Notes: generated by a model from the sequence alone, not told the origin. DNA of 64,000 nucleotides from an uncultured Verrucomicrobiae bacterium (GCA_963812605.1 CAWEWF010000014.1:36418-100417); one strand, 5' to 3'; positions 45,391 to 56,469 are shown, counted from the first letter of the stretch. Program-made: numbers and translations.

Positions 45391-46332
45391 ATGATTCCCA
45401 GTGATCTAGTCCCCGCAGCAGAGTCAGCAGAAAACAGGCGGGACGCCTGTTCAGCGAAGATGTTGGCGGCGAATCGGAGGAATGCTCGCAGATCCACGGG
45501 GCCGCGCACGGCGGAAGGGAAGGCGGCTTCGCGGATGAATGCGGTGAAACATGGAATCCTGTCATCGGAGGTGGTGGTGCGGGGGTTGCGGATCCAGGAG
45601 CGGGAGGATGAGTTCCGGGTGTTGCGCGAACGGTGCTGGAAGAGCCTGGCGCCGGTGGGGCCGGTGGAGGAAATGTTGGTGGACAAGATCGTGACAGCGC
45701 AATGGCGGTTGCGGCGGGCGTTGCTGGCGGAAACGGGGGAGATCGTTCTGAGCGTGGACGGCGGGCGCTGGGAGCGGTCGAGGCGGGACCCGATTCCGCT
45801 GGTGACGTTTTTGGATGAATTCCATGACGCGTCGGTGGCGATGACCAAGTCGACGCAGGGATTGGAATACCTGAGACATATCCTGAAGAAAGTCCGCGAG
45901 GGTTTGGAACTGGACGGAGAATTGACGGAGAAGACGTGCGAGTGGGTGCGGAGGCGATTCATGAACGAACCAAATGCGATGACGCAGGCGCTGGAGGAGT
46001 ATCGCGCGGAGTTCCTGGCGAATGCGGAGGGGTTGAGTGCGGAGGTGCTGAAGGATCGGCATCGGGTGGCCGTGGAGCGGTACATCGAGTTGAAATTGAT
46101 CGGCTACGCCGAGTTGAGCGGTGAGCGGAAGGAGCGGGAAGACAAGGAGGAGACGGCGCGGCAGGCGGCGAATGTGTTGCCGTCGACGGAGGTGCTGGAG
46201 AAGATTTTGCGGTATGAGAGCGCGCTGGAGCGGCAGTTGTATCGGGCGATGAACCAGCTTGAGAGGCTGCAACGACGACGGGAAGGGGAGGATGTTCCCC
46301 CACCAGTAACGATGCAGTTATCGCGGGGATGA
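45391..46332 (+). CDS. Hypothetical protein with a basic N-terminus (RRNARRSTGPRTAEGKAASRMNAVKHG) and coiled-coil C-terminus
   Basis: ORF track. Compositionally normal, no recognisable catalytic motif. The antisense 236-aa ORF was rejected. Confidence 0.45.
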   Translation: MIPSDLVPAAESAENRRDACSAKMLAANRRNARRSTGPRTAEGKAASRMNAVKHGILSSEVVVRGLRIQEREDEFRVLRERCWKSLAPVGPVEEMLVDKIVTAQWRLRRALLAETGEIVLSVDGGRWERSRRDPIPLVTFLDEFHDASVAMTKSTQGLEYLRHILKKVREGLELDGELTEKTCEWVRRRFMNEPNAMTQALEEYRAEFLANAEGLSAEVLKDRHRVAVERYIELKLIGYAELSGERKEREDKEETARQAANVLPSTEVLEKILRYESALERQLYRAMNQLERLQRRREGEDVPPPVTMQLSRG

Positions 46333-46416
46333 CGGGGCTTGAAAACATGTGTTTCTGCGAAACGAACCCATTTTGGGGGCGTACCGATGAGGTTTGGGAG
46401 AGTTCGCCTGCTTTTG

Positions 46417-46659
46417 CTACAGGCGCTTTTTGGCGAAGGATCGGCCTGATGCGGTTTTGAGGTAACGCTCAAAGTCCAAGGCCGATTGGCGATGGGTAAA
46501 CGCAATGCAAGTCTTGATACGCCAGGGACGAAACGCTCTCGTGTGAATGGACTTTCCGGAGTTGTGCTCGGCAAGTCGCGCCTTGAAGTCTTCAGTGAAG
46601 CCGGCATAGAAGCGGGTTGGGTCTTTTTCGCTGGCGAGGATGTAGACGTAGTAGAATTT
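46417..46659 (-). CDS. GIY-YIG nuclease-domain protein (short, URI-type)
   Basis: MKFYYVYILASEKDPTRFYAGFTEDFKARLAEHNSG is the GIY-YIG signature. About 81 aa from the internal ATG. Confidence 0.65.
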   Translation of the reverse strand, partial: KFYYVYILASEKDPTRFYAGFTEDFKARLAEHNSGKSIHTRAFRPWRIKTCIAFTHRQSALDFERYLKTASGRSFAKKRL

Positions 46660-46725
46660 CATGGCTTGCGCGGCTGCCCGCCTTCGCTTCGCTACGACGC
46701 GGCAATTTTCGCTCCGAGCGAAAAT

Positions 46726-46768
46726 TGGCGGAGGGGGCGAGATTCGAACTCGCGAGGCCAACATGACC
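46726..46768 (-). other. Partial tRNA gene, 3' part only (T-arm GCGAG-TTCGAAT-CTCGC, acceptor 3' strand CCCCTCC, discriminator G, encoded CCA); candidate att site remnant
   Basis: Minus-strand sequence …GGCCTCGCGAGTTCGAATCTCGCCCCCTCCGCCA. No complementary GGAGGGG 5' acceptor strand, D-arm or anticodon arm upstream, so it is not an intact tRNA. Confidence 0.55.
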
Positions 46769-46873
46769 GCACACAATGCAACTTTACTAGGAAATATGAC
46801 ACTATAGAACGCTATTGACAGGGGTGGACGTTATGATAATCTGTTATGACAAAACGAACAAAGATTATCCCAT

Positions 46874-48068
46874 ATGGCCAGCCTACACAAAGATCCGCAG
46901 GGGCGAAGCAAGTTTTGGTACTGCGCTTTCAGCGAATGGGACGCGGACGAACAACGTTGGCAGCGCCGGTTCCGGTCCACCAAGACTGCCAACAAAGAAC
47001 AGGCCCTTCAAATCTGCCGGACATGGGAGCAAGCGGCCAAGACTGCCCAGACAGGCCGACTGACACCCGACCGCGCGCGGGAAATCCTCGCCAACGGGCT
47101 GGAAGGAATTTTTCTCGCCAGCAATCGCGAGCCCATGAAGCGGTACACGGTCCGGGAGTGGGGGCAGCAATGGCTCGACAGCAAGTTGATCGAGAACACC
47201 CCGCGCACCCATGAGCGATATGCCGGCATCATCACCCGGTTTTATGAGCACCTCGGCGCGAAGGCTGACAGGGACATTGCCGCTGTGACGGCATCGGAGA
47301 TCACCGCCTTTCGGGACAAGCTGGCAAAAGAGCTTTCGATCAATACCGCCAACCTTGCCGTGAAGACTTTGCGTGTGTGTTTCGGTGCCGCCTACAGCAA
47401 TGACCTTATTACCAGCAATACCGCCGCGAAGGTAAAGAAGTTAAAACTGCCGCGCATGGGGCACCGCCGCGAGTTTAAGCCGGCGGAAATCCGCCTTCTA
47501 CTGCAGGCCGCCGGTGACAGTGAATGGCGCGGCATGATTCTGACCGCACTCTATTCCGGGCAACGGCTCGGTGATGTGTCACGGTTGCGGTGGGGGGACG
47601 TGCGGCTGGACACCCGCGAGATCGTCTTTCGCGTCAGTAAAACCAACGAAGTTCTGCCGTTGCCGATGGCGCGCCCGCTGTCCGACTATCTCGAAAGCTT
47701 CCCGTCGAGCGACGACGCCAACAGTTTCCTTTTTCCGAAAGCTGCCGCTTGTACCCGCACCGGGTATGTTGAGCAATCAGTTTTACAAGGTCATGGAACA
47801 AGCCGGGCTCGTACCGCAGCGGAAGAACGTCGACACTGGTAAAGGCCACCGCGAGCGTCGCACAGTCAGTTCCTTGTCCTTCCACAGTTTGCGTCATAGC
47901 TGTGTGACGTTTCTCAAAGCCGCCGGAGTCAGCGATGCCATCGCGCAAGCCATCGCCGGCCATGCGTCTAGTGCCGTCTCGCGGATTTACACCCACCTTG
48001 ACGTGGAAACCCTACGCGGCGCTGTCGCCAAACTGCCGGACGTGACGAAGGATGACGCAAAGCGTTGA
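46874..48068 (+). pseudogene. Phage-type tyrosine integrase, one frameshift near 47.73-47.76 kb in a T5 run (ORFs 46874-47842 and 47571-48068)
   Basis: N-terminal SAM-like/core-binding domain. The catalytic C-terminus HSLRHSCVTFL … GHAS … IYTH (R-H-R-Y family) sits in the second frame. Confidence 0.7.
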
Positions 48069-48180
48069 ACCCAGATTTCCCAGATTCGCTTCACAAGTCA
48101 ATGTTAGTGACATACAATGAAGCCGCATAAACAAAGGGTGTGATCGATGTTGAAGCGACAAAAAACGGAGAATCCAATGG

Positions 48181-49613
48181 GTGCAAGCTAACAAACAGGC
48201 TCTGCGGGTGACTTTCGATAGTCGTTTGAAGCTGGAGTTTCACGGTTCCAAGGTCACCTCCGATGCGGGCTTGCTGGCTTACCGGGAACTGGATGAGGCG
48301 CTGGGACTGACCGCCATGGTGAGTGACCTGCTGAATGATTGGCGCACGGGAAAGAACACGCAACACTCGATGGTGGCGCTGCATGCGGCAGTCGATTTTC
48401 AGCCGTCTGGCTGGATACGAGGACACCAATGACGCCGAACGGCTCTCGGTTGATCCCACCATGCGGCATGTGGTTGGCGGGCGAGCCACGGAACGCACGG
48501 CGGCTTCCACCAGCCAGATGGGTCGCTTCGAGACCGAGGTGTTGACGCAGCCGCGGAATCTGGCGGAGTTGACGAAGCTGTCGGGAATATGGATTGAGCG
48601 GCTGCGGGAACGCCAGCCGATGCGGGAACTGATCCTGGACATGGATAGTTCGGTGAGCGAAACCTATGGGGAGCAGGAAGGCACGGCCTACAACGGGCAT
48701 TTCGGCTGCACCTGCTACCACCCGCTGTTTTGCTTCAATCAGTTTGGCGATGTGGAAGCAGTCCCTGTTGCGGGAAGGCAACGTCCATAGCGCCAAGGAT
48801 TGGCTGAGCGTGCTGGAACCGGTGGTGGCACGCTATCGCGGCCAGAAGTTGCCGCTCTATTTCCGGGCGGATGCCGCCTTTGCCAACCCGGAGATTTATG
48901 AGTATCTGGAAGCCGAAGGTTACGGGTATGCCATCCGGCTGCCAGCCAATGATGTGTTGCTGCGGGAGATCGCGCCGCTGCTGACCCGTCCAGTGGGGCG
49001 TCCCTCGAACGCGCCGGTGTCTGGTATGCGGACTTTCAGTATCAGGCGAAGAGTTGGGATCGCGCCCGTCGGGTGGTGGCCAAGGTGGAATGGCACAAGG
49101 GGCGAATTGTTCCCTCGCGTCGGGTTCATCGTGACCAATCTGAGCCGGCCAGCCAAACGGGTGGTGCGGTTCTACAACCAGCGGGGGACGGCGGAGCAGT
49201 GGATCAAGGAAGGCAAGAACGCGGTGAAATGGACGCGGCTGTCCTGCCACGACTTTGTGGACAACCAGGTGCGGCTGCAACTGTTCGTGCTGGCGTACAA
49301 CCTGGGCAACTTCCTGCGTCAGGCGGTGCTGCCGCAGGTCGGTGCGTCACTGGACGTTGACGACGTTGCGGGAGAAACTGATCAAGATCGGGGCGAAGGT
49401 CGTGCGCCATTCCCGGCAGGTGATCTTCCAGATGGCGGAGGTGGCGGTTCCACGAGAGTTGTTCCGGGCTATTCTGGAAAGGATTGGATGGCTGAGATTG
49501 CCCATGCCGCTGCCCGGCTGATGCTCGCTGGGCGGCAAATGCGGGAAAGCAAAATGGCTGACGGCGATGCTTTGTCTGCGTTCGGTCGAAAATCGGTGCA
49601 GAACGCAATTTAG
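48181..49613 (+). mobile_element. IS1380-family-like DDE transposase gene, disrupted by at least two frameshifts (ORFs 48181-48432, 48335-48790, 48666-49613)
   Basis: VTSDAGLLAYRELDEALGLT N-terminus, GHFGCTCYHPLF, and RFYNQRGTAEQWIKEGK are recalled as IS1380-type transposase motifs; family call is by memory. Terminal inverted repeats could not be confirmed by eye. Confidence 0.55.
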
Positions 49614-49739
49614 AGCCGAAGGCATCGTCTCCGGAGCCTAGAAAAGGCTTGCTTGCAGTGTCAGGAGAGATAAAATGCGATCAATGAAACTGAATGGCCC
49701 GCGCTGATCGCGGGCCGTAGGTCATATGGGAAATGTAGG

Positions 49740-51743
49740 ATGAATACACACGGGCTTACAGACCGGCGTATTGGCATCGCAATTCTCTGCGCCTTGTTCT
49801 TCGCCTCCGCGCCGGCGCAGGCAACGCTGACCACGAATAGTTGGGGCAGTTTTTTCAGCGGCCCCTGGCAGGGCGGAAGTTTATGGTCCCTTGGTGTACC
49901 TCCTTCCAGCAGCCAGAGCATCGTCACGATCACCAATAGTTTCGTGACCGGAACCTCCAAGACCATCACCATCGACGGCACCACTGCGACGAATTTCCCG
50001 GCCACGATGACCATCAGCAATCTCGCCGTGCTGGGCTCACTGGCCCTCGGCAACGTGCCGCCGTTGGGCAACAATATTTTGGCGCTCAGCGGCACCTCGA
50101 CCTCGGCGCTGACCGTGCTCAATTCCCTCGTGGTCAGCAACGGCGGCATCATCTCCATCTCGAATTCCATTCTGAATACCGGAGGGAATGAACTCATCGG
50201 GGCCCTCGGCACCATGTTCCTGTCGAGCGGAACGAATAATACCGCGGACAACTTGGTCATCGGCGACGGCGTGAATGGCGCCGCGTTGTGGATGAACGGC
50301 GGCGCGTTGAACGCGGCGGCTCTCACCATCAACAACGGAGCGCTCCTCGTCCAATCCAACGGCACGGCAAATATTTACGGCGCGGAGTGCGTCGTATTCG
50401 GCAACTGGGCTTTGGCCGGTGGAACGCAGAATGGTACCCTGATCGTTGGAAATGGTGGCACGCCCGGTACCGCCACCATGACCGGCGGGCAACTGCTTGG
50501 CGGCCTCGGTATCAACCGCGGCACGATGGTGGTGTCCAATGGTCAGGTGAACCTTGCTCAATCCGACGTGGGTTCCCCCGCGAATTCTGATGGCACGTTG
50601 ACCATTGCGGGCGGGACAATTTCTTTGGAAACACTTCAGATTGGCGGCGGGACGGGAACACTTTGGATGACCGGCGGCAGTCTTCAGATTACCAACAACT
50701 ATCTGTACGACGGAACCGGCAACGGAGGTGCCTCCGGAACATTGATTCAATCCAACGGAACCATGGCGCTGTTTGGAGAACTTGTAGGCTCCCCATTCAT
50801 CGGCGGTCCTCCATCTGGCACCCTGACCGTCGCCGGCGGCGTCCATACGATCGGCGCCGGTGGATTGGCCGTGGGGTCTGCGGGAACCGGAACCTTCTGG
50901 TTGACGGGCGGACAAGTGATCGTCACCAATGGCTACACGTATCTCGGCTACGAGGGCTTTGCCACAATGACCGTCTCGAGCGGCACCTGGATGGCTCGCG
51001 ATGTTTATGTGGGTACCGATGATAGTGAAGGAACGCTGACCTTTCTGGGCGGCATCACGACAATCTCCTCCAATCTCACCTTGGGCGATTGCGGCGAGGG
51101 GTCTTTGGGCCACTTGTTTCTAAAAGATGGCTATCTGTTTATCACCAACGCCGCCCACAACGCCACGCTCAACGTCCGTAACGACGTGGTCTTGATCACG
51201 GGTGGTCACTTGATCGTGGACCGGGTCGTCATGACCAACGACTGCGGCCTGTTCATCCACGCCGGCGGCACTGTGAGCGTCGGCAGCGAGCTTCTCGATC
51301 CAAATCTGGACGCCGATAACGATGGCCTGCCAAACGGCTGGGAAATCGCCCACGGTCTCGACCCGCTCGACTCCAGTGGCGTCAATGGCGCCGACGGCGA
51401 TCCCGATGGCGACGGCTACAGCAACATGCAGGAATACCTCGCCGGCTCCGATCCGCAAAATCCTTTGTCCACCCCACTCAATCCCGGCGGCACTTTCGCC
51501 TTCACCTCAATCGTGCACACCGGAAACAATATCGTCCTAACATGGAATACCGTCGGCGGAACAACCAACCAGGTACAAGTTTCCCCCGGTAGTGTCGGGG
51601 GAAGCTACTCGACCAACGCCTTCACCAATCTCGGCGCGCAAATGCTCATCACCGGCAGCGGCGCCGTCATCACCAATTTCACCGACACCAACGGCGCCAC
51701 CAACAAACCCGCCCGTTACTATCGGATCCGCCTCGTACCATAA
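49740..51743 (+). CDS. Secreted autotransporter-associated beta-strand-repeat (PATR) protein with TSP3-like Ca-binding repeats and the shared C-terminal domain (…ARYYRIRLVP)
   Basis: Signal peptide. About 20 Gly-rich beta-strand repeats (GG.L.I.NG…). DADNDGLPNGWE … DPDGDGYSNMQEYLAGSDP. Confidence 0.8.
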   Translation: MNTHGLTDRRIGIAILCALFFASAPAQATLTTNSWGSFFSGPWQGGSLWSLGVPPSSSQSIVTITNSFVTGTSKTITIDGTTATNFPATMTISNLAVLGSLALGNVPPLGNNILALSGTSTSALTVLNSLVVSNGGIISISNSILNTGGNELIGALGTMFLSSGTNNTADNLVIGDGVNGAALWMNGGALNAAALTINNGALLVQSNGTANIYGAECVVFGNWALAGGTQNGTLIVGNGGTPGTATMTGGQLLGGLGINRGTMVVSNGQVNLAQSDVGSPANSDGTLTIAGGTISLETLQIGGGTGTLWMTGGSLQITNNYLYDGTGNGGASGTLIQSNGTMALFGELVGSPFIGGPPSGTLTVAGGVHTIGAGGLAVGSAGTGTFWLTGGQVIVTNGYTYLGYEGFATMTVSSGTWMARDVYVGTDDSEGTLTFLGGITTISSNLTLGDCGEGSLGHLFLKDGYLFITNAAHNATLNVRNDVVLITGGHLIVDRVVMTNDCGLFIHAGGTVSVGSELLDPNLDADNDGLPNGWEIAHGLDPLDSSGVNGADGDPDGDGYSNMQEYLAGSDPQNPLSTPLNPGGTFAFTSIVHTGNNIVLTWNTVGGTTNQVQVSPGSVGGSYSTNAFTNLGAQMLITGSGAVITNFTDTNGATNKPARYYRIRLVP

Positions 51744-51865
51744 CCCCTTCTGCCTCTCACATTCGCACGGGCCTCCGAAGAATCGAAAGCCCAACAGCCT
51801 GCCACCCAACTGACAAGGCTCGGTTGAAACCAAAGAAAGCCAGACGTAGTCGCAAACACGAGGCC

Positions 51866-52108
51866 ATGGCGCACGGTGGCAAACAACAATTGCAGGTGCC
51901 TTCGGAAATCGTGTTTGAAGTGTACAGGCCGAGGGAAGGCGGTTATGTGGCACGGGCAGTCGGGTATTCGATTTTCACTGAGGGCGACACACGCCCGCAG
52001 GTTGCACAGAACGTCAGGGCCGCAGTTTTTTGTTATTTCGGCGGGAAAGAGTTGTCACCAACACGAATCCGATTGCGTTTCATTTACCCAGCGGATGTTG
52101 ACGTATGA
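51866..52108 (+). CDS. HicB-like (UPF0150) antitoxin-fold protein
   Basis: EIVFEVYRPREGGYVARAVGYSIFTEGDTRPQVAQNVRAAVFCYF fits the HicB N-terminal domain pattern. ATGA overlap with the next gene. Confidence 0.45.
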   Translation: MAHGGKQQLQVPSEIVFEVYRPREGGYVARAVGYSIFTEGDTRPQVAQNVRAAVFCYFGGKELSPTRIRLRFIYPADVDV

Positions 52109-53103
52109 GCATATCCGCCAATGCTTCGGGAGTCGAGTTGGTCGAGCAGCTTCGCGCAGTCGGCTACGAGCGGATTGCCCGGAGCGACGGGCACTTCGTT
52201 CTGGACACAGACCGCAACGGCGCTCATCGGATTGTCCTACCTGATTGTGATCGACTATGCGAGCACACGGTGCGCTCAATTATGCAAGACGCAGGCTCTC
52301 ATGTGGGACGTGAGTCTTCTGATACATGGGAGGGTGCGAAACCGCCCCCAGGCGGCGGAAGCGTCGTGATCTACCGTGAAGGCGTCGGACAGGTCCGGCT
52401 GTGGTATGACGAGACCGGCAAATTGGAGAAAGAGGAGCCGGTCGAGCAACCCGTATCCCCAAGCCAAACCCAACGGGTGTGCCGTCCGCGTGACAAGAAA
52501 CTACAAGAGTGGCTTGGAATGATGGGCTATGCGTCCCTTTACGAATGGCCAATGCCAGAGTGGGCCTGGAACGCCTACGCAGAAATGCAGCGGATGTATC
52601 TTCCGGAACTGTGGAAGCGGTTTACGACGTGGGACGCATTCTTGAACGATCCCCTCCAGCAGGGACTACGGACTGGCTATCAATTGGCGCTGTGCGTGAC
52701 CACCATGGACAACGCGACGCTGCTGGACAGACGCGATCCGGAAGCTGCGATAGCGGCTAGAAAAGAGCGGCCAATCTACATTGAAAATGTCGAGCGAGTC
52801 TGCGAAGAATGGTCTCTTCCGCGCCAGCAGAAGTTCTTTAAGGGATTTACAATGGCACTCACCGAGGACGCCGTCTACTTTGAAACGGGCAAACCCACAG
52901 TTGACGCTGGCAGATTCGCAGTGCTGGGGTTCCTTCTCGACCATCGCGCTGAAGTGAAAGAAAAGTATATGAAGAAGCGCCAGACTATCGGTGACCTCTA
53001 CACTTGGGTGAGCGGTGATCTTGAATCCCGTTGTATGGAACTGAAAACGTTCCAGAATCTTTGCAGTAGAATTGGCCTTCGTCTGCGATCCCGCAAGCGA
53101 TAA
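52105..53103 (+). CDS. HicA-like (YcfA) N-terminal domain fused to a ~260-aa uncharacterised C-terminal domain
   Basis: LVEQLRAVGYERIARSDGHFVL … HRIVLPDCDRLCEHTVRSIMQDAG follows the HicA pattern (GSHh … vtvPhH … gtl.sIlkqAG). The remainder has no recognisable motif. Confidence 0.5.
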   Translation: MSISANASGVELVEQLRAVGYERIARSDGHFVLDTDRNGAHRIVLPDCDRLCEHTVRSIMQDAGSHVGRESSDTWEGAKPPPGGGSVVIYREGVGQVRLWYDETGKLEKEEPVEQPVSPSQTQRVCRPRDKKLQEWLGMMGYASLYEWPMPEWAWNAYAEMQRMYLPELWKRFTTWDAFLNDPLQQGLRTGYQLALCVTTMDNATLLDRRDPEAAIAARKERPIYIENVERVCEEWSLPRQQKFFKGFTMALTEDAVYFETGKPTVDAGRFAVLGFLLDHRAEVKEKYMKKRQTIGDLYTWVSGDLESRCMELKTFQNLCSRIGLRLRSRKR

Positions 53104-53220
53104 ACACCGCCCACATTGACGCGGCAGTCCGAAGTAGGAGTTTAGCCACCGCACTTTCCCGGCCCCACCCTCTTTCTGCCCGGGAAAACGACCGCTTGCA
53201 TAGGAGTACGGTCGCGTCCA

Positions 53221-53505
53221 ATGAAAGCCGATACTGTCACACCGCACACCGCCAGTGCGAATAAAACGGCGGCCCCGATTGCGCCCGGTGCGAGTGGCGC
53301 GCAGCCTGAATTTTGTAGGCCCGCGGATATGCCCCGGCTGTTCGGAATCGGGCGCACATACGCCTACCAACTCATCAACGAAGGGAAAATCAAATCTATC
53401 TCACTTCGGAAACGGGGTGCACGCACTGGTGTGCGTCTGATTTCTTGCGACTCCGTGCGGGAGTTCTTGGCGAGCGAAATGGAGAAGGGCGAGGAGAAGG
53501 TATGA
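53221..53505 (+). CDS. Xis/AlpA-like helix-turn-helix DNA-binding protein
   Basis: MPRLFGIGRTYAYQLINEGKIKSISLRKRGARTGVRLISCDSVREFL has HTH_17/excisionase-like features. The true start may be the ATG at 53326. Confidence 0.5.
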   Translation: MKADTVTPHTASANKTAAPIAPGASGAQPEFCRPADMPRLFGIGRTYAYQLINEGKIKSISLRKRGARTGVRLISCDSVREFLASEMEKGEEKV

Positions 53506-53984
53506 AGCAGCAAGGGAAACCGGTTCGGCATTTGGACGACTTGTCGTTGGAGGAGTTGCAGGGCTACGCCGCACGAATGTCCGAATTGGAACCCTCTCAG
53601 CAGGGAGCGTTACGTGGAGAAGGTGGCTAAACACAGAGGGTTCTCTATCATATTCCGCGCGTTACAACGGATCGACGAGTGTTACGACCCCGACGAGATT
53701 CGGTTTCCCTGGGCTCTTTTCGGAAAGGTGATCAGGGATGTGGCGAACGGGCGTGACGGGAGTTGAGGGACAAATTTTCACCGGCCAAGTTCCACGAGGC
53801 AACATTTCACGGGCCTATTTCCATCTAGCGATTCGGTACCCGTCCGCGTTTCTGGCTCGACACCCTATAGCCGCCCCCCGCTGGAATCAAGTTCATCAAG
53901 AAGGCAGGCCGGTGATGGGCTGTCAAGGCCGCGCTCACATATTCCTTGAATATTGGACGGCATTCGTCCATATTTCACGGTGCC

Positions 53985-55136
53985 ATGAAGATTAGCCGAC
54001 TGGAGTTGAAGCACCGGGTGGAGCAGGGATTAAAAACCTTCCCTGTCACGGCGCTCTTGGGGCCGCGGCAGAGCGGCAAGACCACGCTTGCCCGCGAGAT
54101 CGCTGGAAAGAAAGGCCGATACTTCGATCTCGAAAATCCCCGTGACCAAGCGCGACTGACACAGGCGCAATCCGTCCTTGAGGAGTTGCGCGGCTTGGTC
54201 GTACTGGACGAAATACAACGCCGACCCGATTTGATGCCGTTGCTGCGGGTGCTGGCGGATCGCCGTCCATTGCCCGCTCGGTTTCTGCTGCTCGGCAGTG
54301 CTTCGCCCGATTTAATGAAACATTCATCGGAGTCGCTAGCGGGCCGGATTCACTTCGTGGATATGAGCGGGTTCAGTCTACTGGAAGTCGGCGCAATCCA
54401 GCAACGCAAGCTGTGGGTGCGCGGCGGCTTCCCGGACTCGTTCCTGGCCCGAAACGATGCCGATAGTCTGGCATGGCGCGATGATTTTATCCGCACGTTT
54501 CTGGAGCGCGACCTGCCGCTGCTCGGAGTTCACATTCCGCCGGAGACGTTACGGCGGTTTTGGACGATGCTGGCGCATTATCACGGGCAAATCTGGAATG
54601 CTTCGGAGTTGGGCAACTCCCTCGGTGTGGCGCACCATGCCACGCGCCGCTACCTGGACGCCTTGGTGGGAGCCTATGTGGTGCGGCAATTGCAACCGTG
54701 GTTTGAGAACGTCGGCAAGCGCGTGGTCAAATCGCCGAAGGTCTATATCCGTGACAGCGGGCTGCTTCACGCCCTGCTCGGCATTCCGGATTGGACAAGT
54801 TTGCAAGCGCACCCGAAGCTCGGCGCATCGTGGGAAGGCTTCGCGTTGGAGCAGGTCTTGGCGTGGGCAGGCGAACGCAATGCCTATTTCTGGGCCACGC
54901 ACGGTGGCGCGGAGTTGGATTTGATGGTGACGCTCGGTGGCAAGCGGTGGGGCTTCGAGTTCAAGTGCTCCGACACGCCGGCGCTGACCAAGTCCATGAT
55001 GATTGCCTTGGAAGACCTGAAATTGAAGAAGTTGTGGGTCGTTTACCCCGGCAAGGAGTCCTATCCGCTGCATGACCGTGTTGAGTGCATTGGCCTAGGT
55101 GACTTGGAGAAAGCCCGGCGAGCGAGCGGGGGCTAA
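53985..55136 (+). CDS. AAA+ ATPase with DUF4143 C-terminal domain (COG1373-like)
   Basis: Walker A GPRQSGKTT, Walker B LVVLDEIQ, conserved C-terminal domain pattern. Confidence 0.7.
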   Translation: MKISRLELKHRVEQGLKTFPVTALLGPRQSGKTTLAREIAGKKGRYFDLENPRDQARLTQAQSVLEELRGLVVLDEIQRRPDLMPLLRVLADRRPLPARFLLLGSASPDLMKHSSESLAGRIHFVDMSGFSLLEVGAIQQRKLWVRGGFPDSFLARNDADSLAWRDDFIRTFLERDLPLLGVHIPPETLRRFWTMLAHYHGQIWNASELGNSLGVAHHATRRYLDALVGAYVVRQLQPWFENVGKRVVKSPKVYIRDSGLLHALLGIPDWTSLQAHPKLGASWEGFALEQVLAWAGERNAYFWATHGGAELDLMVTLGGKRWGFEFKCSDTPALTKSMMIALEDLKLKKLWVVYPGKESYPLHDRVECIGLGDLEKARRASGG

Positions 55137-55610
55137 GATGCAGGCGGGAAAGCCATTTGAAGGCTTCTGATTAGACTGGGACGTATAGTTAAAGCCATAC
55201 TTGAACTGGATCGCCTAAATCAAGCTACAGCCAAGACAATATATGTCCGGACAATTCGGGCAGGAAGGCGGGCGGTTTATCCAAACGCTGCCGCAGCCGA
55301 GACCAACGCCCGCCGCACAAGTCGCCGCACAGTTCGAGGATCAGGAAAACCGCCAGTAGGACAGGCTATTGCGTGACATTAGCGGCACTTTCACATACCC
55401 AAACCCACCGCTGCCTGATCTCAAGGTGCTTGGCATCATTGTTGTCTATCCGTCGCGATGTCGATATGAAGTCCTATTACAAGCTGCTAGTGACAAAGTT
55501 CGCCATTGTTGGCGGGCTAGGTGAATTGCACTATCATCGTGTGATTATTCTTGCTGATACCGGGACATAGCGTTCACCTGGTCTTGGCTCACGTGCGGCA
55601 CGCGTTGCCG

Positions 55611-56321
55611 TCATGGGTCGTAGCGAACATTCCGTTTTTTTACTTGGCCGATAGCGAGGGTCTCCACGTGTCCATCGGTGAAAAGGAAGTTGGCGGCTGT
55701 ATTCGCCCGCTGCCGCCAGCGAATAAAGCCGGCACTGCTACCGGTATTAACGTCGTCAACATTCGGCCCGGGGGCAATAGGATCGTCATTGTCTGAAGCG
55801 CCCGCAACATATTGCTGGTAGATACATTGAACGGAGTAGGCTGTCGACAGGGCGTTCCCGCTCCACGCCTGGCAGCCATCCATGACGAGAATGGTTTCAC
55901 TGGGGCGACTCAAGCGGGAGCGTCGATAGAGGCCAGTGGATCGGGTATCCGGCACGAGCATAGGATGGGCGGAATAGTCAAGGTGCCCGATGGTCGTGAG
56001 ACCGTTTGGGCACTTGAACACTTTACTGTAATCGCTAGTGGTCGCGTATGTTCCCCCGGCTTTTGAGAGGTACGGTTGAATCAACAGCGTCCAATCGGTA
56101 GTGCCGGTGTAACCAGCCGGGAAGTAATCGTCGTGATCGTCGGCATACATCAAGGTCGCTAGGCCAATCTGGCGCAGGTTGGCAACTCCGGAAGCCGTCC
56201 GGGCCGTCCGGCGCGGTCCCAGCGCCGGTAAGAGCATCCCAGCCAATATGCCAATGATGGCTATGACGACCAGGAGTTCGATCAACGTGAATGCCTTTCG
56301 GCTGTTAGCGAACATTCTCAT
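55611..56321 (-). CDS. Prepilin-type N-terminal cleavage/methylation domain + DUF1559 protein (type II secretion pseudopilin-like)
   Basis: [25 protein letters not shown] followed by a DUF1559 body ending in the H-x-G motif region FLFTDGHVE. Confidence 0.8.
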   Translation of the reverse strand: MRMFANSRKAFTLIELLVVIAIIGILAGMLLPALGPRRTARTASGVANLRQIGLATLMYADDHDDYFPAGYTGTTDWTLLIQPYLSKAGGTYATTSDYSKVFKCPNGLTTIGHLDYSAHPMLVPDTRSTGLYRRSRLSRPSETILVMDGCQAWSGNALSTAYSVQCIYQQYVAGASDNDDPIAPGPNVDDVNTGSSAGFIRWRQRANTAANFLFTDGHVETLAIGQVKKRNVRYDP

Positions 56322-56469
56322 CGGATCCTTCCATGAAGGAAGGCATCGGCCAACGGCAGACATGAAAAGTGGGCGCAACCACTCGTTGTTCACCGAGTCG
56401 TGAACGTGGGACTTTGTGCCTGTTGTTTGTTTGCCCATAGTGGTTGCGCCTGAACAAATCGGCTTCTTA

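Noticed and set aside
45562-46272. 236-aa minus-strand ORF
   Set aside because: Antisense to the 45391-46332 ORF. Extremely Arg/Pro/His/Leu/Gln-rich (RRLLLVFPLLPL…), typical of non-coding frames.
46726-46801. Possible intact tRNA gene
   Set aside because: Only the T-arm, 3' acceptor strand and CCA are present. The sequence upstream cannot form the 5' acceptor strand (no GGAGGGG), D-arm or anticodon arm, so it is treated as an att-site remnant, not a tRNA.
48100-49740. Terminal inverted repeats of the IS1380-like element
   Set aside because: Only a weak ~14/25 match between the candidate ends (cccagatttcccagattcgcttcac vs reverse complement of the right flank). Not convincing without alignment tools. 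A GC hairpin at 49700-49720 is more likely a terminator-like stem.
50037-51113. 358-aa minus-strand ORF
   Set aside because: Antisense to the PATR adhesin gene. Gly/Ala/Arg-rich mirror of the Gly-rich repeats.
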